The notes under the pieces: model-generated
The model's database searches: none
What the model saw: only the letters and a program-made list of their open reading frames with translations
Told to the model about the DNA's origin: nothing
NCBI GenBank assembly: GCA_015064315.1
Contig: SVSL01000001.1
Coordinates: 15,801 to 79,800 of the forward strand
Origin: Oscillospiraceae bacterium
Lineage (GTDB): Bacteria; Bacillota; Clostridia; Oscillospirales; CAG-272
DNA: 64,000 bases
Reading direction: 5' to 3'
Position numbers and translations under genes: made by a program
In this document: one piece after another, positions 18,951 through 26,655 of the stretch
How the letters are laid out: each line of letters begins with the position of its first letter
Numbering within the stretch: the first letter of the stretch is position 1

Positions 18951-19721
18951 TCAACCCCAACGGCGCTTCTCGTAAACACGAACGGTCAGGAACAGGAAGA
19001 CGAACGCAAGAGATACGTAATACAGAACAGCCGAGTAATCGAAAATGCCGTTTCTGAACGCTGCAAAGCGGCTCATCACGCAAACCCAGTCGATCACAAA
19101 GCGAACCGCGTAGTTGCTGATGATGGGTTGTCCGTCGCTATCCTTGAGCGCGTTCACGTAGCTGAGCAGAACCATTGCCGCAATGACGGCGATGGTAACC
19201 ACAGCCGCGGACAGCTGGTTCTCGGTCAGTGCGGAGATCAGCGTTCCCACCGCGATCAGTGCCGCGCCCATGAGGATCACCGCGATCAGGCTTCCCACGA
19301 TCTCACCGGTTACGGGACCGATGTGATTCAAGGAGCTGCTTGTTCCCGCGCGCTCTGCGGCGGCAATGGAATACAGGGGGATAAAGTTGATGCAGGAAAT
19401 CAGAACGCCGCTTACGAAAATGGTCAGCGCAGCCAGATACTTTCCAAGCACCATACCCGTAATGGTAACGGGTGCCGTCAGGAGAAGCTGCTCGGTACGG
19501 AGCTTTCTCTCCTCGGCAAAGAGTCTCATGGTGAGAATGGGGATCAGGATGATAAAGGTCAGAATCAAAAAGGTGAAGTAAGAGGAAGTATCATAGCTTC
19601 CTGCAACAATGGTGGTATAGCAGCACAGAAGTGCGGAGAACACCAGGAAAATTCCCATGTAGATGTAACCGATGGGATTGATGAAATAAGAGCGCATCTC
19701 TTTGCGATAGATGGCAAACAT
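18951..19721 (-). CDS. ABC-2 type permease (GldF-like)
   Basis: 256 aa with about 6 hydrophobic helices. MFAIYRKEMRSYFINPIGYIYMGIFL is typical of ABC-2/GldF permeases. It follows the ATPase. Confidence 0.8.
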   Translation of the reverse strand: MFAIYRKEMRSYFINPIGYIYMGIFLVFSALLCCYTTIVAGSYDTSSYFTFLILTFIILIPILTMRLFAEERKLRTEQLLLTAPVTITGMVLGKYLAALTIFVSGVLISCINFIPLYSIAAAERAGTSSSLNHIGPVTGEIVGSLIAVILMGAALIAVGTLISALTENQLSAAVVTIAVIAAMVLLSYVNALKDSDGQPIISNYAVRFVIDWVCVMSRFAAFRNGIFDYSAVLYYVSLAFVFLFLTVRVYEKRRWG

Positions 19722-19791
19722 AACGTAATTCCTTTCTTTGTCTTAACAGATTAGATCGCCTCGGAGCGGCATTGCCGTTGGCAGAATGAGA

Positions 19792-20886
19792 TCAAAGGTC
19801 GTCGTCCTCAACAACCGTGTTCATAGACTCGGCTCTTTGACGTTGCGCATCCTCGTACAGAGTTGCGCCCAGCTCCTGCTCCAGCGCATTCTTGTCCTTG
19901 CCGCGCTGACGTCTGGTAATACGGTTTCTCACGTTGGTTCTCACCTTGGATTCCTCGGACTTGTCCACAACGCTGATAAAGATATCCTCAAGGCTCATAC
20001 CAAGCGATTCCATACCAATGATCGCCCAGCCTCTCTCCGCCAGGGTGAAGAAAAGCTTTTTGCGGATATCCACGCCAAATTCGCTCTCCACCATGTAGGT
20101 GTAAGCATCTCCGTCACGCTCCGCCAAAGCCTCCACGTAGGAGATTCCCTGCATATTCTTGAGCAGTGCGAGGATGTCCTTCTGAGGACCCGAGATCTTG
20201 ATGTTAAAGCGGCGGTTGTTTGCCACCACGTTGGAAATGTTCTCGGTCTTCTCGTTTGCAACGATCTTACCCTTATTGATGATGATAATACGGTCGCAAA
20301 CCGCCTGAACCTCCTGCAGGATATGGGTGGAAAGAATAACGGTGTGATCCTTTCCGAGGCCGCGGATCAGGTTACGGATCTCAATGATCTGCTTGGGGTC
20401 AAGACCTACGGTGGGCTCGTCAAAGATAATAACCTTGGGGTTTCCGATCAGCGCCTGCGCGATCCCCACTCTTTGGCGGTATCCCTTGGACAGGGTGCGG
20501 ATCACCTTACGGTACACGTCCTTGATCTTTACGGTCTCACAAACCTGCTCCAGGTGAGCGGCGCGATCCAGCTTACAGCCCTTGAGCTCGTAATTGAAGT
20601 TGAGATACTCCTCTACGGTCATATCCAGATAGAGCGGAGGCTGCTCGGGAAGATATCCGATCAGCTTCTTTGCGCCGATGGGATTGCTCAGGATGTCGAT
20701 CCCGGCAATGGATGCCTTACCTGCGGTAGAGGAAAGATATCCCGTGAGGATGTTCATGGTCGTACTCTTGCCCGCACCGTTGGGGCCAAGGAAGCCGACG
20801 ATCTCGCCGGTCTCCACCTCAAAGCTGATGTCGTCCACCGCACAGTGGGATCCGTAGTTTTTTACAAGATGTTCAATTTTTATCAT
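19792..20886 (-). CDS. ABC transporter ATP-binding protein (GldA-like) with charged C-terminal extension
   Basis: Walker A GPNGAGKST, signature LSKGYRQR and Walker B IIFDEPTVGLD are present. About 130 aa follow the NBD, ending in the acidic tail VVEDDDL. Confidence 0.9.
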   Translation of the reverse strand: MIKIEHLVKNYGSHCAVDDISFEVETGEIVGFLGPNGAGKSTTMNILTGYLSSTAGKASIAGIDILSNPIGAKKLIGYLPEQPPLYLDMTVEEYLNFNYELKGCKLDRAAHLEQVCETVKIKDVYRKVIRTLSKGYRQRVGIAQALIGNPKVIIFDEPTVGLDPKQIIEIRNLIRGLGKDHTVILSTHILQEVQAVCDRIIIINKGKIVANEKTENISNVVANNRRFNIKISGPQKDILALLKNMQGISYVEALAERDGDAYTYMVESEFGVDIRKKLFFTLAERGWAIIGMESLGMSLEDIFISVVDKSEESKVRTNVRNRITRRQRGKDKNALEQELGATLYEDAQRQRAESMNTVVEDDDL

Positions 20887-21194
20887 GGAGAACAGAATTT
20901 CCTTTCTGTATTTTTTCTCTTTTGAAAAAGAAGGCAGTCTTTTTCACAATACATATTATTATATCACGTACATATGAACACATTATGAATACAACAAAAA
21001 ATATCAATTTTCCGTTTGAAAAATATGTGTTTTTTTCGTGTATTTTTTCAAAAAAAGGACCGTTTTTATTTTTGAAAAACTTTTTTGCTTCCCTGCATAA
21101 AGACGGCAGAAAAGGCAAAAATAAAATCAGCAGATTCGCGCGGGATTTTTCAGATCCTACGCGTGGCAATTTCATAAAAAAAGGAGTTCCGATT

Positions 21195-21911
21195 ATGTGG
21201 AAAAAATGGAAAGAATCCAAACTTTGTAGAAAGCTGAAGCAGGTAAAGATCAATCGCGTGGTCTATCTCTCCGCGGTCGTCATTCTCTTGGCGCTGGCGG
21301 TAGTGCTTGCCATTACCGCGGCAACCAATCGCGCAAAGCGCACCGAAGAGCCTACCCAGACCCCCGGCGGCATCACCACGTCCACCACCGAGCCCTCCCC
21401 CTCCGCTCCGGGCGATAACAACGATCAGCCCTCTGCCCTCATTCCCGAAATGTCAGCCCCCGTCTCCGGCAAGCTCTCCAAAGCGCACAGCGTAGACGTT
21501 CAGGTCTTTTCCGAGACCATGAAGGACTATCGCGTGCATCTGGGAATCGACATTCACACCGAAGCCAATGCCCAGGTTTTTGCGGTGGCAGACGGTAAGG
21601 TCTCCAAGATCTGGCAGGACCCCATGATGGGCTGGTGCGTTGCTCTCTCCCACAGCGGCGAATGTGTTACGGTCTATAAGAACCTGGCAAAGGAGCTTGC
21701 CGAAGGGCTTATCGAGGGCATCGCCGTGAAAAAGGGTCAGCTTCTGGGTCAGGTTGGTGACACGGCGCTCATGGAGATCGCGGACGAGCCTCATCTGCAC
21801 ATGGAAATGACGGTCAAGGGCTTGCAGGTCGATCCCATGGATTATTTCAGCCAAGCGGTGATCGCAAGCCTCTCCAAGGACACTGCGTTTGAGGAAGAAG
21901 CGGGAAAATAA
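21195..21911 (+). CDS. M23 family metallopeptidase, membrane anchored
   Basis: ATG 21195 follows an AAAGGAG RBS. The protein has an N-terminal TM (VVYLSAVVILLALAVVLAITAA), a Pro/Thr/Ser linker and M23 motifs (HLGIDI, LHMEM). The upstream part of the ORF-track ORF (20922-21194) is AT-rich promoter DNA. Confidence 0.85.
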   Translation: MWKKWKESKLCRKLKQVKINRVVYLSAVVILLALAVVLAITAATNRAKRTEEPTQTPGGITTSTTEPSPSAPGDNNDQPSALIPEMSAPVSGKLSKAHSVDVQVFSETMKDYRVHLGIDIHTEANAQVFAVADGKVSKIWQDPMMGWCVALSHSGECVTVYKNLAKELAEGLIEGIAVKKGQLLGQVGDTALMEIADEPHLHMEMTVKGLQVDPMDYFSQAVIASLSKDTAFEEEAGK

Positions 21912-21946
21912 AAAAGCCCCTCAAGGAAGCATAAAAACCGGCAATG

Positions 21947-22063
21947 GGAATCCGAACCCAAATTTGCGCTCCTTAGCCAAGTCAATTTTTTCTTCCGCGA
22001 GTCCGCGCAAATTAAGCAAATCGCAAGCGATTGCAGAAACCTATTCTTGGGTCATCTGCTCCA
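21947..22063. repeat. structured element A, paralog of element B, ending in a 13-nt copy of the tRNA-Gly 3' end (GTCATCTGCTCCA)
   Basis: Layout is GGGAATCCGAACCC, a 9-bp stem (AATTTGCGC/GCGCAAATT), an 8-nt palindromic hairpin (GCAATCGC..GCGATTGC) and GTCATCTGCTCCA. It is collinear with 23466-23551, with compensatory stem changes. Confidence 0.5.
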
Positions 22064-22102
22064 ATAGGAATGCCCCGACCGATTGGTCGGGGCATTCCTA
22101 TT
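22063..22102 (+). terminator. 18-bp perfect hairpin downstream of the M23 peptidase gene and element A (no clear U-tract)
   Basis: AATAGGAATGCCCCGACC-GATT-GGTCGGGGCATTCCTATT. There is no T-run on either side, so its role as a terminator is uncertain. Confidence 0.45.
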
Positions 22103-22229
22103 GTGAGTAATCTAAAATTTTGATACCTTTTTATCGTGGGTGCAAAATTTAGTATTATAGGTGCATTTCGTGAAAGGTGTTGCACCCATTTTTGTAGGCT
22201 TTACTTTAATAATACGAAACAACTACGTA

Positions 22230-23051
22230 CTAATCAGGTCTTGGATTATAAGCATAAAAAGCAGAGGCTGAAAGGGGTTGTGGGTCATTTGAATCATCAC
22301 TAATATACGTTGATGGGTCTATTGAAAAATATAAAAAGTCTCCCTTGTACTCGCTTAACTTTACAAATTCCATATTCTCGTTGATGATTACATATTCTGT
22401 TGTGTAAGCACAGTTTTTAATACGTTCTATACCGCCGCTTTCATTTCTTACGATATCTTCATCACTAACACCACGAATTTTTGTGTACATATAAAAAGTA
22501 TTTATAACTTCACCCTCAAAACATATTTGAGAAGGATAAGTTTCTAAAGACACAAACTCACCGTTGTGCTTGAAGACCAATTTATCGCCTGCTACTAAAG
22601 GAATTTTAGATTCTTCAAATTCAACGTTAAAAAAGAATCCATAGTTGAAGAGTTCAGTAACAGTATTCTCTACTATTCTTCCATAATCATAGGTTACGGT
22701 AAAAGCGTCCGTATGTTCGCTATGATATTTGAAGTAATGAATACCAAAGGAATCAAGGTCGCTGATTTTTATTTTTCCTTCGGCAAGCGCATCTTGCACA
22801 GTTTGCTCTGTCCCATCATTATAGTAAACGATAACATACATACTTCGAATGCTCGAAAAGTAATAATCGTAAGTATCATCTGAGTAGAACAACTCCAAAG
22901 CATCATCTGTAGGAAGATTATCTCTTTCTGCTATGTCTATTATGTTTTCGATTTCAACTGATTGCTTTGTTGCGGGATTGTTTAATACATTGCAACCAAC
23001 GAAAACAAACAAAGTGAATAGACATAAAAGAATAGCTATCACTTTTTTCAT
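22230..23051 (-). CDS. orphan lipoprotein in an AT-rich islet
   Basis: 273 aa. The signal peptide plus lipobox is MKKVIAILLCLFTLFVFVGC. The protein is Tyr/Asn/Glu-rich and its codon and base composition is visibly AT-rich compared with the neighbours. No family recognised. Confidence 0.7.
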   Translation of the reverse strand: MKKVIAILLCLFTLFVFVGCNVLNNPATKQSVEIENIIDIAERDNLPTDDALELFYSDDTYDYYFSSIRSMYVIVYYNDGTEQTVQDALAEGKIKISDLDSFGIHYFKYHSEHTDAFTVTYDYGRIVENTVTELFNYGFFFNVEFEESKIPLVAGDKLVFKHNGEFVSLETYPSQICFEGEVINTFYMYTKIRGVSDEDIVRNESGGIERIKNCAYTTEYVIINENMEFVKLSEYKGDFLYFSIDPSTYISDDSNDPQPLSASAFYAYNPRPD

Positions 23052-23255
23052 AACATTTACTCCTTTAAAATATCTTGTTTTGAGATATTAAATAATTTTT
23101 ATCGGTGAGTTTATTATAGCATAAAATCCAACCAAAGTCAAGGCGTTTCTTCGGCAATTCAATAATTGAACGATACCCCATAAGTTGAACGAAAGTGGTA
23201 TAAAGTGAACGATTTATCTTTGGCTGCTAAAAACAAAAAGACTTGCAGATTTAAT

Positions 23256-23417
23256 CACTTTCGCAGAAAGTGTATATAATCAGACACGAAGTGGCTGGAT
23301 ATCATCAATTTCGCAGAAATTGCATATCATCAAGTCGCAGAGTAATGCACCTTCGGTGATGATATACTCGCCTCAGGCGAGTTATACATTCAATGATATA
23401 CCAAGTCTGCGACTTGG
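23256..23417. repeat. array of short 7-bp-stem/3-nt-loop palindromes
   Basis: CACTTTC-GCA-GAAAGTG (23256-23272), CAATTTC-GCA-GAAATTG (23306-23322), CACC-TTC-GGTG (23348-23358), ACTCGCC-TCA-GGCGAGT (23366-23382) and CCAAGTC-TGC-GACTTGG (23401-23417). ATATAATCA/ATATCATCA-like spacers recur between them. Confidence 0.5.
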
Positions 23418-23420
23418 ATA

Positions 23421-23452
23421 AAAAAAGTCGTATCAAAATGATACGACTTTTT
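23421..23452 (-). terminator. rho-independent terminator directly 3' of element B
   Basis: GTCGTATCA-AAA-TGATACGAC is a 9-bp stem flanked by an A-run and a T-run. On the minus strand it follows ...GTCATCTGCTCCA exactly as the terminator at 23585-23616 follows the true tRNA. Confidence 0.6.
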
Positions 23453-23565
23453 TGGAGCAGATGACGGGAATCTGAACCCAAACGTGCGGTAACATGCGGT
23501 TATTATCCAAAGCCAGATATGCCGCACGTTCAAGCAAAGCTTGCGCTTTGCGGGGTTCAGATTCG
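23453..23565 (-). repeat. structured element B with a tRNA-Gly-like T-arm/acceptor/CCA 3' end (5'-truncated tRNA-like)
   Basis: The first 27 nt (TGGAGCAGATGACGGGAATCTGAACCC) match the 3' end of the tRNA at 23621 apart from one extra T. A 12-bp closing stem (GAATCTGAACCC/GGGTTCAGATTC) encloses a 9-bp hairpin and a 7-bp hairpin whose loop is GCAA on the minus strand. No 5' acceptor strand (GCAGATG) is present. Confidence 0.5.
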
Positions 23566-23584
23566 TAAAATGAACTCTAAAAAA

Positions 23585-23616
23585 GCCAAGGGAGCCTCGT
23601 TGAGGCTCCCTTGGCT
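23585..23616 (-). terminator. rho-independent terminator of tRNA-Gly
   Basis: GCCAAGGGAGCCTC-GTTG-GAGGCTCCCTTGGC is a 14-bp stem with a T-run on the minus strand, immediately 3' of the tRNA CCA end. Confidence 0.75.
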
Positions 23617-23620
23617 TTTT

Positions 23621-23694
23621 TGGAGCAGATGACGGGAATCGAACCCGCGTATTCGGCTTGGGAAGCGGACACTCTGCCATTGAGTTACATCTGC
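23621..23694 (-). tRNA. tRNA-Gly (anticodon CCC), CCA encoded
   Basis: The minus strand reads GCAGATGTAACTCAATGGCAGAGTGTCCGCTTCCCAAGCCGAATACGCGGGTTCGATTCCCGTCATCTGCTCCA. It folds by hand into a cloverleaf with a 7-bp acceptor stem, a 4-bp D stem, anticodon loop TTCCCAA and T-loop TTCGATT. There is one C-C mismatch in the anticodon stem. Confidence 0.85.
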
Positions 23695-23793
23695 GTGAGC
23701 GCCCCTTTATTATAATACACTTTCCCAAAAAAGTCAAGTATCTGTCTCCAACTTTTTCTTATTTTTCCTCGTCAAAAAATTCGATTTTTCGCC

Positions 23794-24570
23794 TTAAATC
23801 TCCACAAAGGCGCAAAGAGCGTTATGATCCGAGTAGTAGTGTCCGCAGGAATCGTCATCGGCGACCTTGTAGCTTTCCGCGGGATCGCTCGGCAGATTGC
23901 TGAAAATATAGTCGATCTTAACCGGCGTAAAGTTCTCTCTTCCAAATCCGTGGAAGGAATCGGGGATGGTTGCGGTCAGATCCACGGTTCCCAAAGCTTC
24001 TTTGGTCGAGAGGATCTGCTTGATGGAATCCGAATCGGGAACGGCGTTGAAATCGCCTGTGAGAACAAATTTGTAAGGACTTGCGGCGATGTCACGCATC
24101 AGAATGACGCTCTCCACAATCTTTGCCATCTCTCCTCTGTGGTCGCTGTGAATATTATAAAACGCGAAGGGTGTTTCACAATCCTTGTGGATCAGCTCGG
24201 TACAGGAGTAGACGCGGGGACACTTGCTCTGATCCAATCCCTTCAATACGCTGGCAGGCTTGTTCGGCTCCAGCGACAGCCATTCCTGGCGGAATCCGCA
24301 GAGTGAAAAGACATCCTTGCGGAAGGCAACGGGAGCCCCTTCCCCGTGGTAGCGGTCATCTCTTCCGTGTCCCAGAACGTAATACTCGGGAAGAGATTCC
24401 TTGAGGAAATCCAAGGTCCAGTCCACCGCCTCCTGAAAGCCGATGACGTCGGGCATTTCCTTGCGGATGGTTTCAACCACCTTGTTTTTACGGAGCTTGA
24501 AGTAATTGTTTTCGTCCACCTTAGAGGGGACTCTGAGATTAAAAGTCATGATTTTGATTTTTACAGACAT
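23794..24570 (-). CDS. endonuclease/exonuclease/phosphatase (EEP) family protein
   Basis: MSVKIKIMTFNLR..., IGFQE, GDFN and SDHNAL are EEP catalytic motifs. ATG 24570 has an AGAGGAA RBS. The ORF-track start at 24633 would abut the upstream stop codon. Confidence 0.8.
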   Translation of the reverse strand: MSVKIKIMTFNLRVPSKVDENNYFKLRKNKVVETIRKEMPDVIGFQEAVDWTLDFLKESLPEYYVLGHGRDDRYHGEGAPVAFRKDVFSLCGFRQEWLSLEPNKPASVLKGLDQSKCPRVYSCTELIHKDCETPFAFYNIHSDHRGEMAKIVESVILMRDIAASPYKFVLTGDFNAVPDSDSIKQILSTKEALGTVDLTATIPDSFHGFGRENFTPVKIDYIFSNLPSDPAESYKVADDDSCGHYYSDHNALCAFVEI

Positions 24571-24633
24571 ATTGATTCCTCTTTTCAAATAATGGGATAC
24601 CTCCAAAGAAGTATCCCATTTGATTTTGTTCAA

Positions 24634-26652
24634 TTACTCTGCGTCAGCGGGAGCTTCCTCTGCTGCATAATCCTCGGGCATAGCCTCTGCAGCTGCAGCA
24701 GCCTCCTCAAGGAGAGCGCGGATGGAAAGGCTTACCTTCTGCTTCTCATCGTCGATGTCGATGATGCGAGCGTCAACGATCTGATCGATTGCCAGAACGT
24801 CAGCGGGCTTAGCGATTCTCTGAGCAGCGATCTGAGAAATGTGAATCAGACCGTCAACACCGTCAATGATCTCTGCAAATGCGCCGAAGGGCATCATGCT
24901 AACGATCTTTACGGATGCGATATCGCCAACTGCATACTGAGACTTGAAGATGTTCCAAGGATTGCTCTCCTCGGTCTTGTAGCCCAGGGAGATTCTCTTC
25001 TTCTCAGCGTCAAAGCTCTTTACGAATACGGTAAGGTTCTGACCAATGGAAACAACCTCTGCGGGGTTCTTGATGTGCTTCCAGGAAAGCTCGGTTACGT
25101 GAACCATACCGTCAACACCACCAAGATCTACGAATGCGCCGTAAGAGGTCATGCTCTTAACAACACCGTTGTAGGTCTTGCCAACCTCAATACCTGCCCA
25201 GAACTCGGCCTCCTGTGCACGGCGAGCCTCACGCTGAACCATACGGATGGAGCCGATTGCCTTCTTGCCGGGCTTGGTCTCGATGATCTTGAACTGTACG
25301 GTGGTTCCAACGATGGAGGAAAGATCTCCGTCCTTGGGTACACCGGTCTGGGATGCGGGAACAAATACGCGGTTTGCGTTGCAGAAAATCACTACACCGC
25401 CCTTAACAGCCTCGGCAACCTTGCCCTCAAGCACGGTCTTTTCCTCACATGCCGCAACGATGTTGAGCCAGTTTCTGTCTGCGTCCACTCTCTTCTTGGA
25501 CAGCTCGGCAACGCCTTCGATATCGCTTACGCGAATGACAAAGGCTTCTACCTTGTCGCCGTTCTTGAAGTTCTCGGTCAACTTGAAAGCGGCATCGTCA
25601 GTGATCTGTTCCGCTTTGATGTAGCCGGTCACTCCCGCGCCAACGTCGAGCTGCAGCTCTGCGTCAGACACGTGTGTAACGGTTCCGATAACGACATCTC
25701 CTGTATTTAAAGTTAAGCATTGCGATTCGAGCATTTCTTCAAAATTCATTTCGCTCATGGTTTTATATACCTCCTCTATTTCCTCGCTGGGTGTCGATGC
25801 ACCCGCGACGATTCCAATGTTTTTGTGTCCCGAAAGCAGGGCTCGGTCAAGCTCCGATGCCGTTGCGATCCAAACGGTGTTGCCGCATTCCTTGCGACAA
25901 ATTTCGTAGAGCTTTGCGGTGTTGGAGCTTTCTCTGCCTCCGATCACCACCATGAAATCACACGCCGCGGCGAGTTCCCTCGCCTCGGTTTGACGCAATT
26001 CGGTCACTCTACATATTGTATCAAAAATTATTGCGTTTGTATATAGGTTTTTCATAATTTTTTGACATTCTTGCCAAATGCCCAAATTTTGAGTCGTTTG
26101 AGCCACCATAACGGGCGTTTTTTTGTGCAAGTTGTCGATAGGCACTGGTAAAATTGACGATTCCAGTTCTGAAGGAGATGAAAAAACATGCTTTTCTCCT
26201 TCAAAATAGCTCATAATCCCAACCACCTCCGGGTGATCCGCAGCGCCGATCAAGACAAAATTCTGCTTCTCGGCATCCGCCTCGGCGGCAATCTTATGGA
26301 TCTTCTTCACATAAGGACAAGTACAGTCGATCCAACGAAAATTTGGGTTCTCATCCGCCAGTCTTTCGAGAAGCGCGGCGGTCTCCTTGGTGCAACCGTG
26401 GGCGCGCACCAAAACCGACGCGGGGCTCTCCTTCGTGGCGGAATTTGCCACGGCAAAGATCTCGTCAAGAGAGATGGAGCGCACGCCGCGTCTTTCCAAG
26501 GACGCGTTATAAGCCTCGTTGTGGATCAGATGTCCCAGGGTATAGATCTTCTCTCCGGGCAGGGCGTTTCGGAGAGCGTTTTCCAGACTATCCGTGGCGC
26601 GCTTGACGCCGAAGCAGAAGCCTGCGTTTTTTGCAACGGTAACCTTTGGCAT
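24634..26652 (-). CDS. ispH: bifunctional 4-hydroxy-3-methylbut-2-enyl diphosphate reductase / S1-domain ribosomal protein
   Basis: The N-terminal ~280 aa are IspH-like (MPKVTVAKNAGFCFGVKRA...CPYV...). Four S1 repeats follow (GTVTHVSD.., GKVAEAVKGG.., GVVKSMTSYGAFVDLG.., VKIVSMMPFGAFAEI..), then an acidic tail. This fusion is widespread in Clostridia. Confidence 0.9.
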   Translation of the reverse strand: MPKVTVAKNAGFCFGVKRATDSLENALRNALPGEKIYTLGHLIHNEAYNASLERRGVRSISLDEIFAVANSATKESPASVLVRAHGCTKETAALLERLADENPNFRWIDCTCPYVKKIHKIAAEADAEKQNFVLIGAADHPEVVGIMSYFEGEKHVFSSPSELESSILPVPIDNLHKKTPVMVAQTTQNLGIWQECQKIMKNLYTNAIIFDTICRVTELRQTEARELAAACDFMVVIGGRESSNTAKLYEICRKECGNTVWIATASELDRALLSGHKNIGIVAGASTPSEEIEEVYKTMSEMNFEEMLESQCLTLNTGDVVIGTVTHVSDAELQLDVGAGVTGYIKAEQITDDAAFKLTENFKNGDKVEAFVIRVSDIEGVAELSKKRVDADRNWLNIVAACEEKTVLEGKVAEAVKGGVVIFCNANRVFVPASQTGVPKDGDLSSIVGTTVQFKIIETKPGKKAIGSIRMVQREARRAQEAEFWAGIEVGKTYNGVVKSMTSYGAFVDLGGVDGMVHVTELSWKHIKNPAEVVSIGQNLTVFVKSFDAEKKRISLGYKTEESNPWNIFKSQYAVGDIASVKIVSMMPFGAFAEIIDGVDGLIHISQIAAQRIAKPADVLAIDQIVDARIIDIDDEKQKVSLSIRALLEEAAAAAEAMPEDYAAEEAPADAE

Positions 26653-26655
26653 AGC

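Noticed and set aside
20922-21194. 91-aa N-terminal extension of the M23 peptidase ORF.
   Set aside because: This is an AT-rich, Phe/Lys/Ile-rich translation of the divergent promoter region. A good RBS (AAAGGAG) precedes ATG 21195, which gives a sensible TM-anchored N-terminus.
23453-23565. A second functional tRNA gene next to tRNA-Gly.
   Set aside because: Only the T-arm/acceptor 3' strand/CCA part is tRNA-like, and the T-loop would be 8 nt. There is no 5' acceptor strand, D-arm or anticodon arm. It is kept as a structured repeat rather than a tRNA.
23390-23737. 115-aa minus-strand ORF.
   Set aside because: It runs straight through tRNA-Gly, two terminators and element B. It is an artefact of the stop-free RNA-gene sequence.
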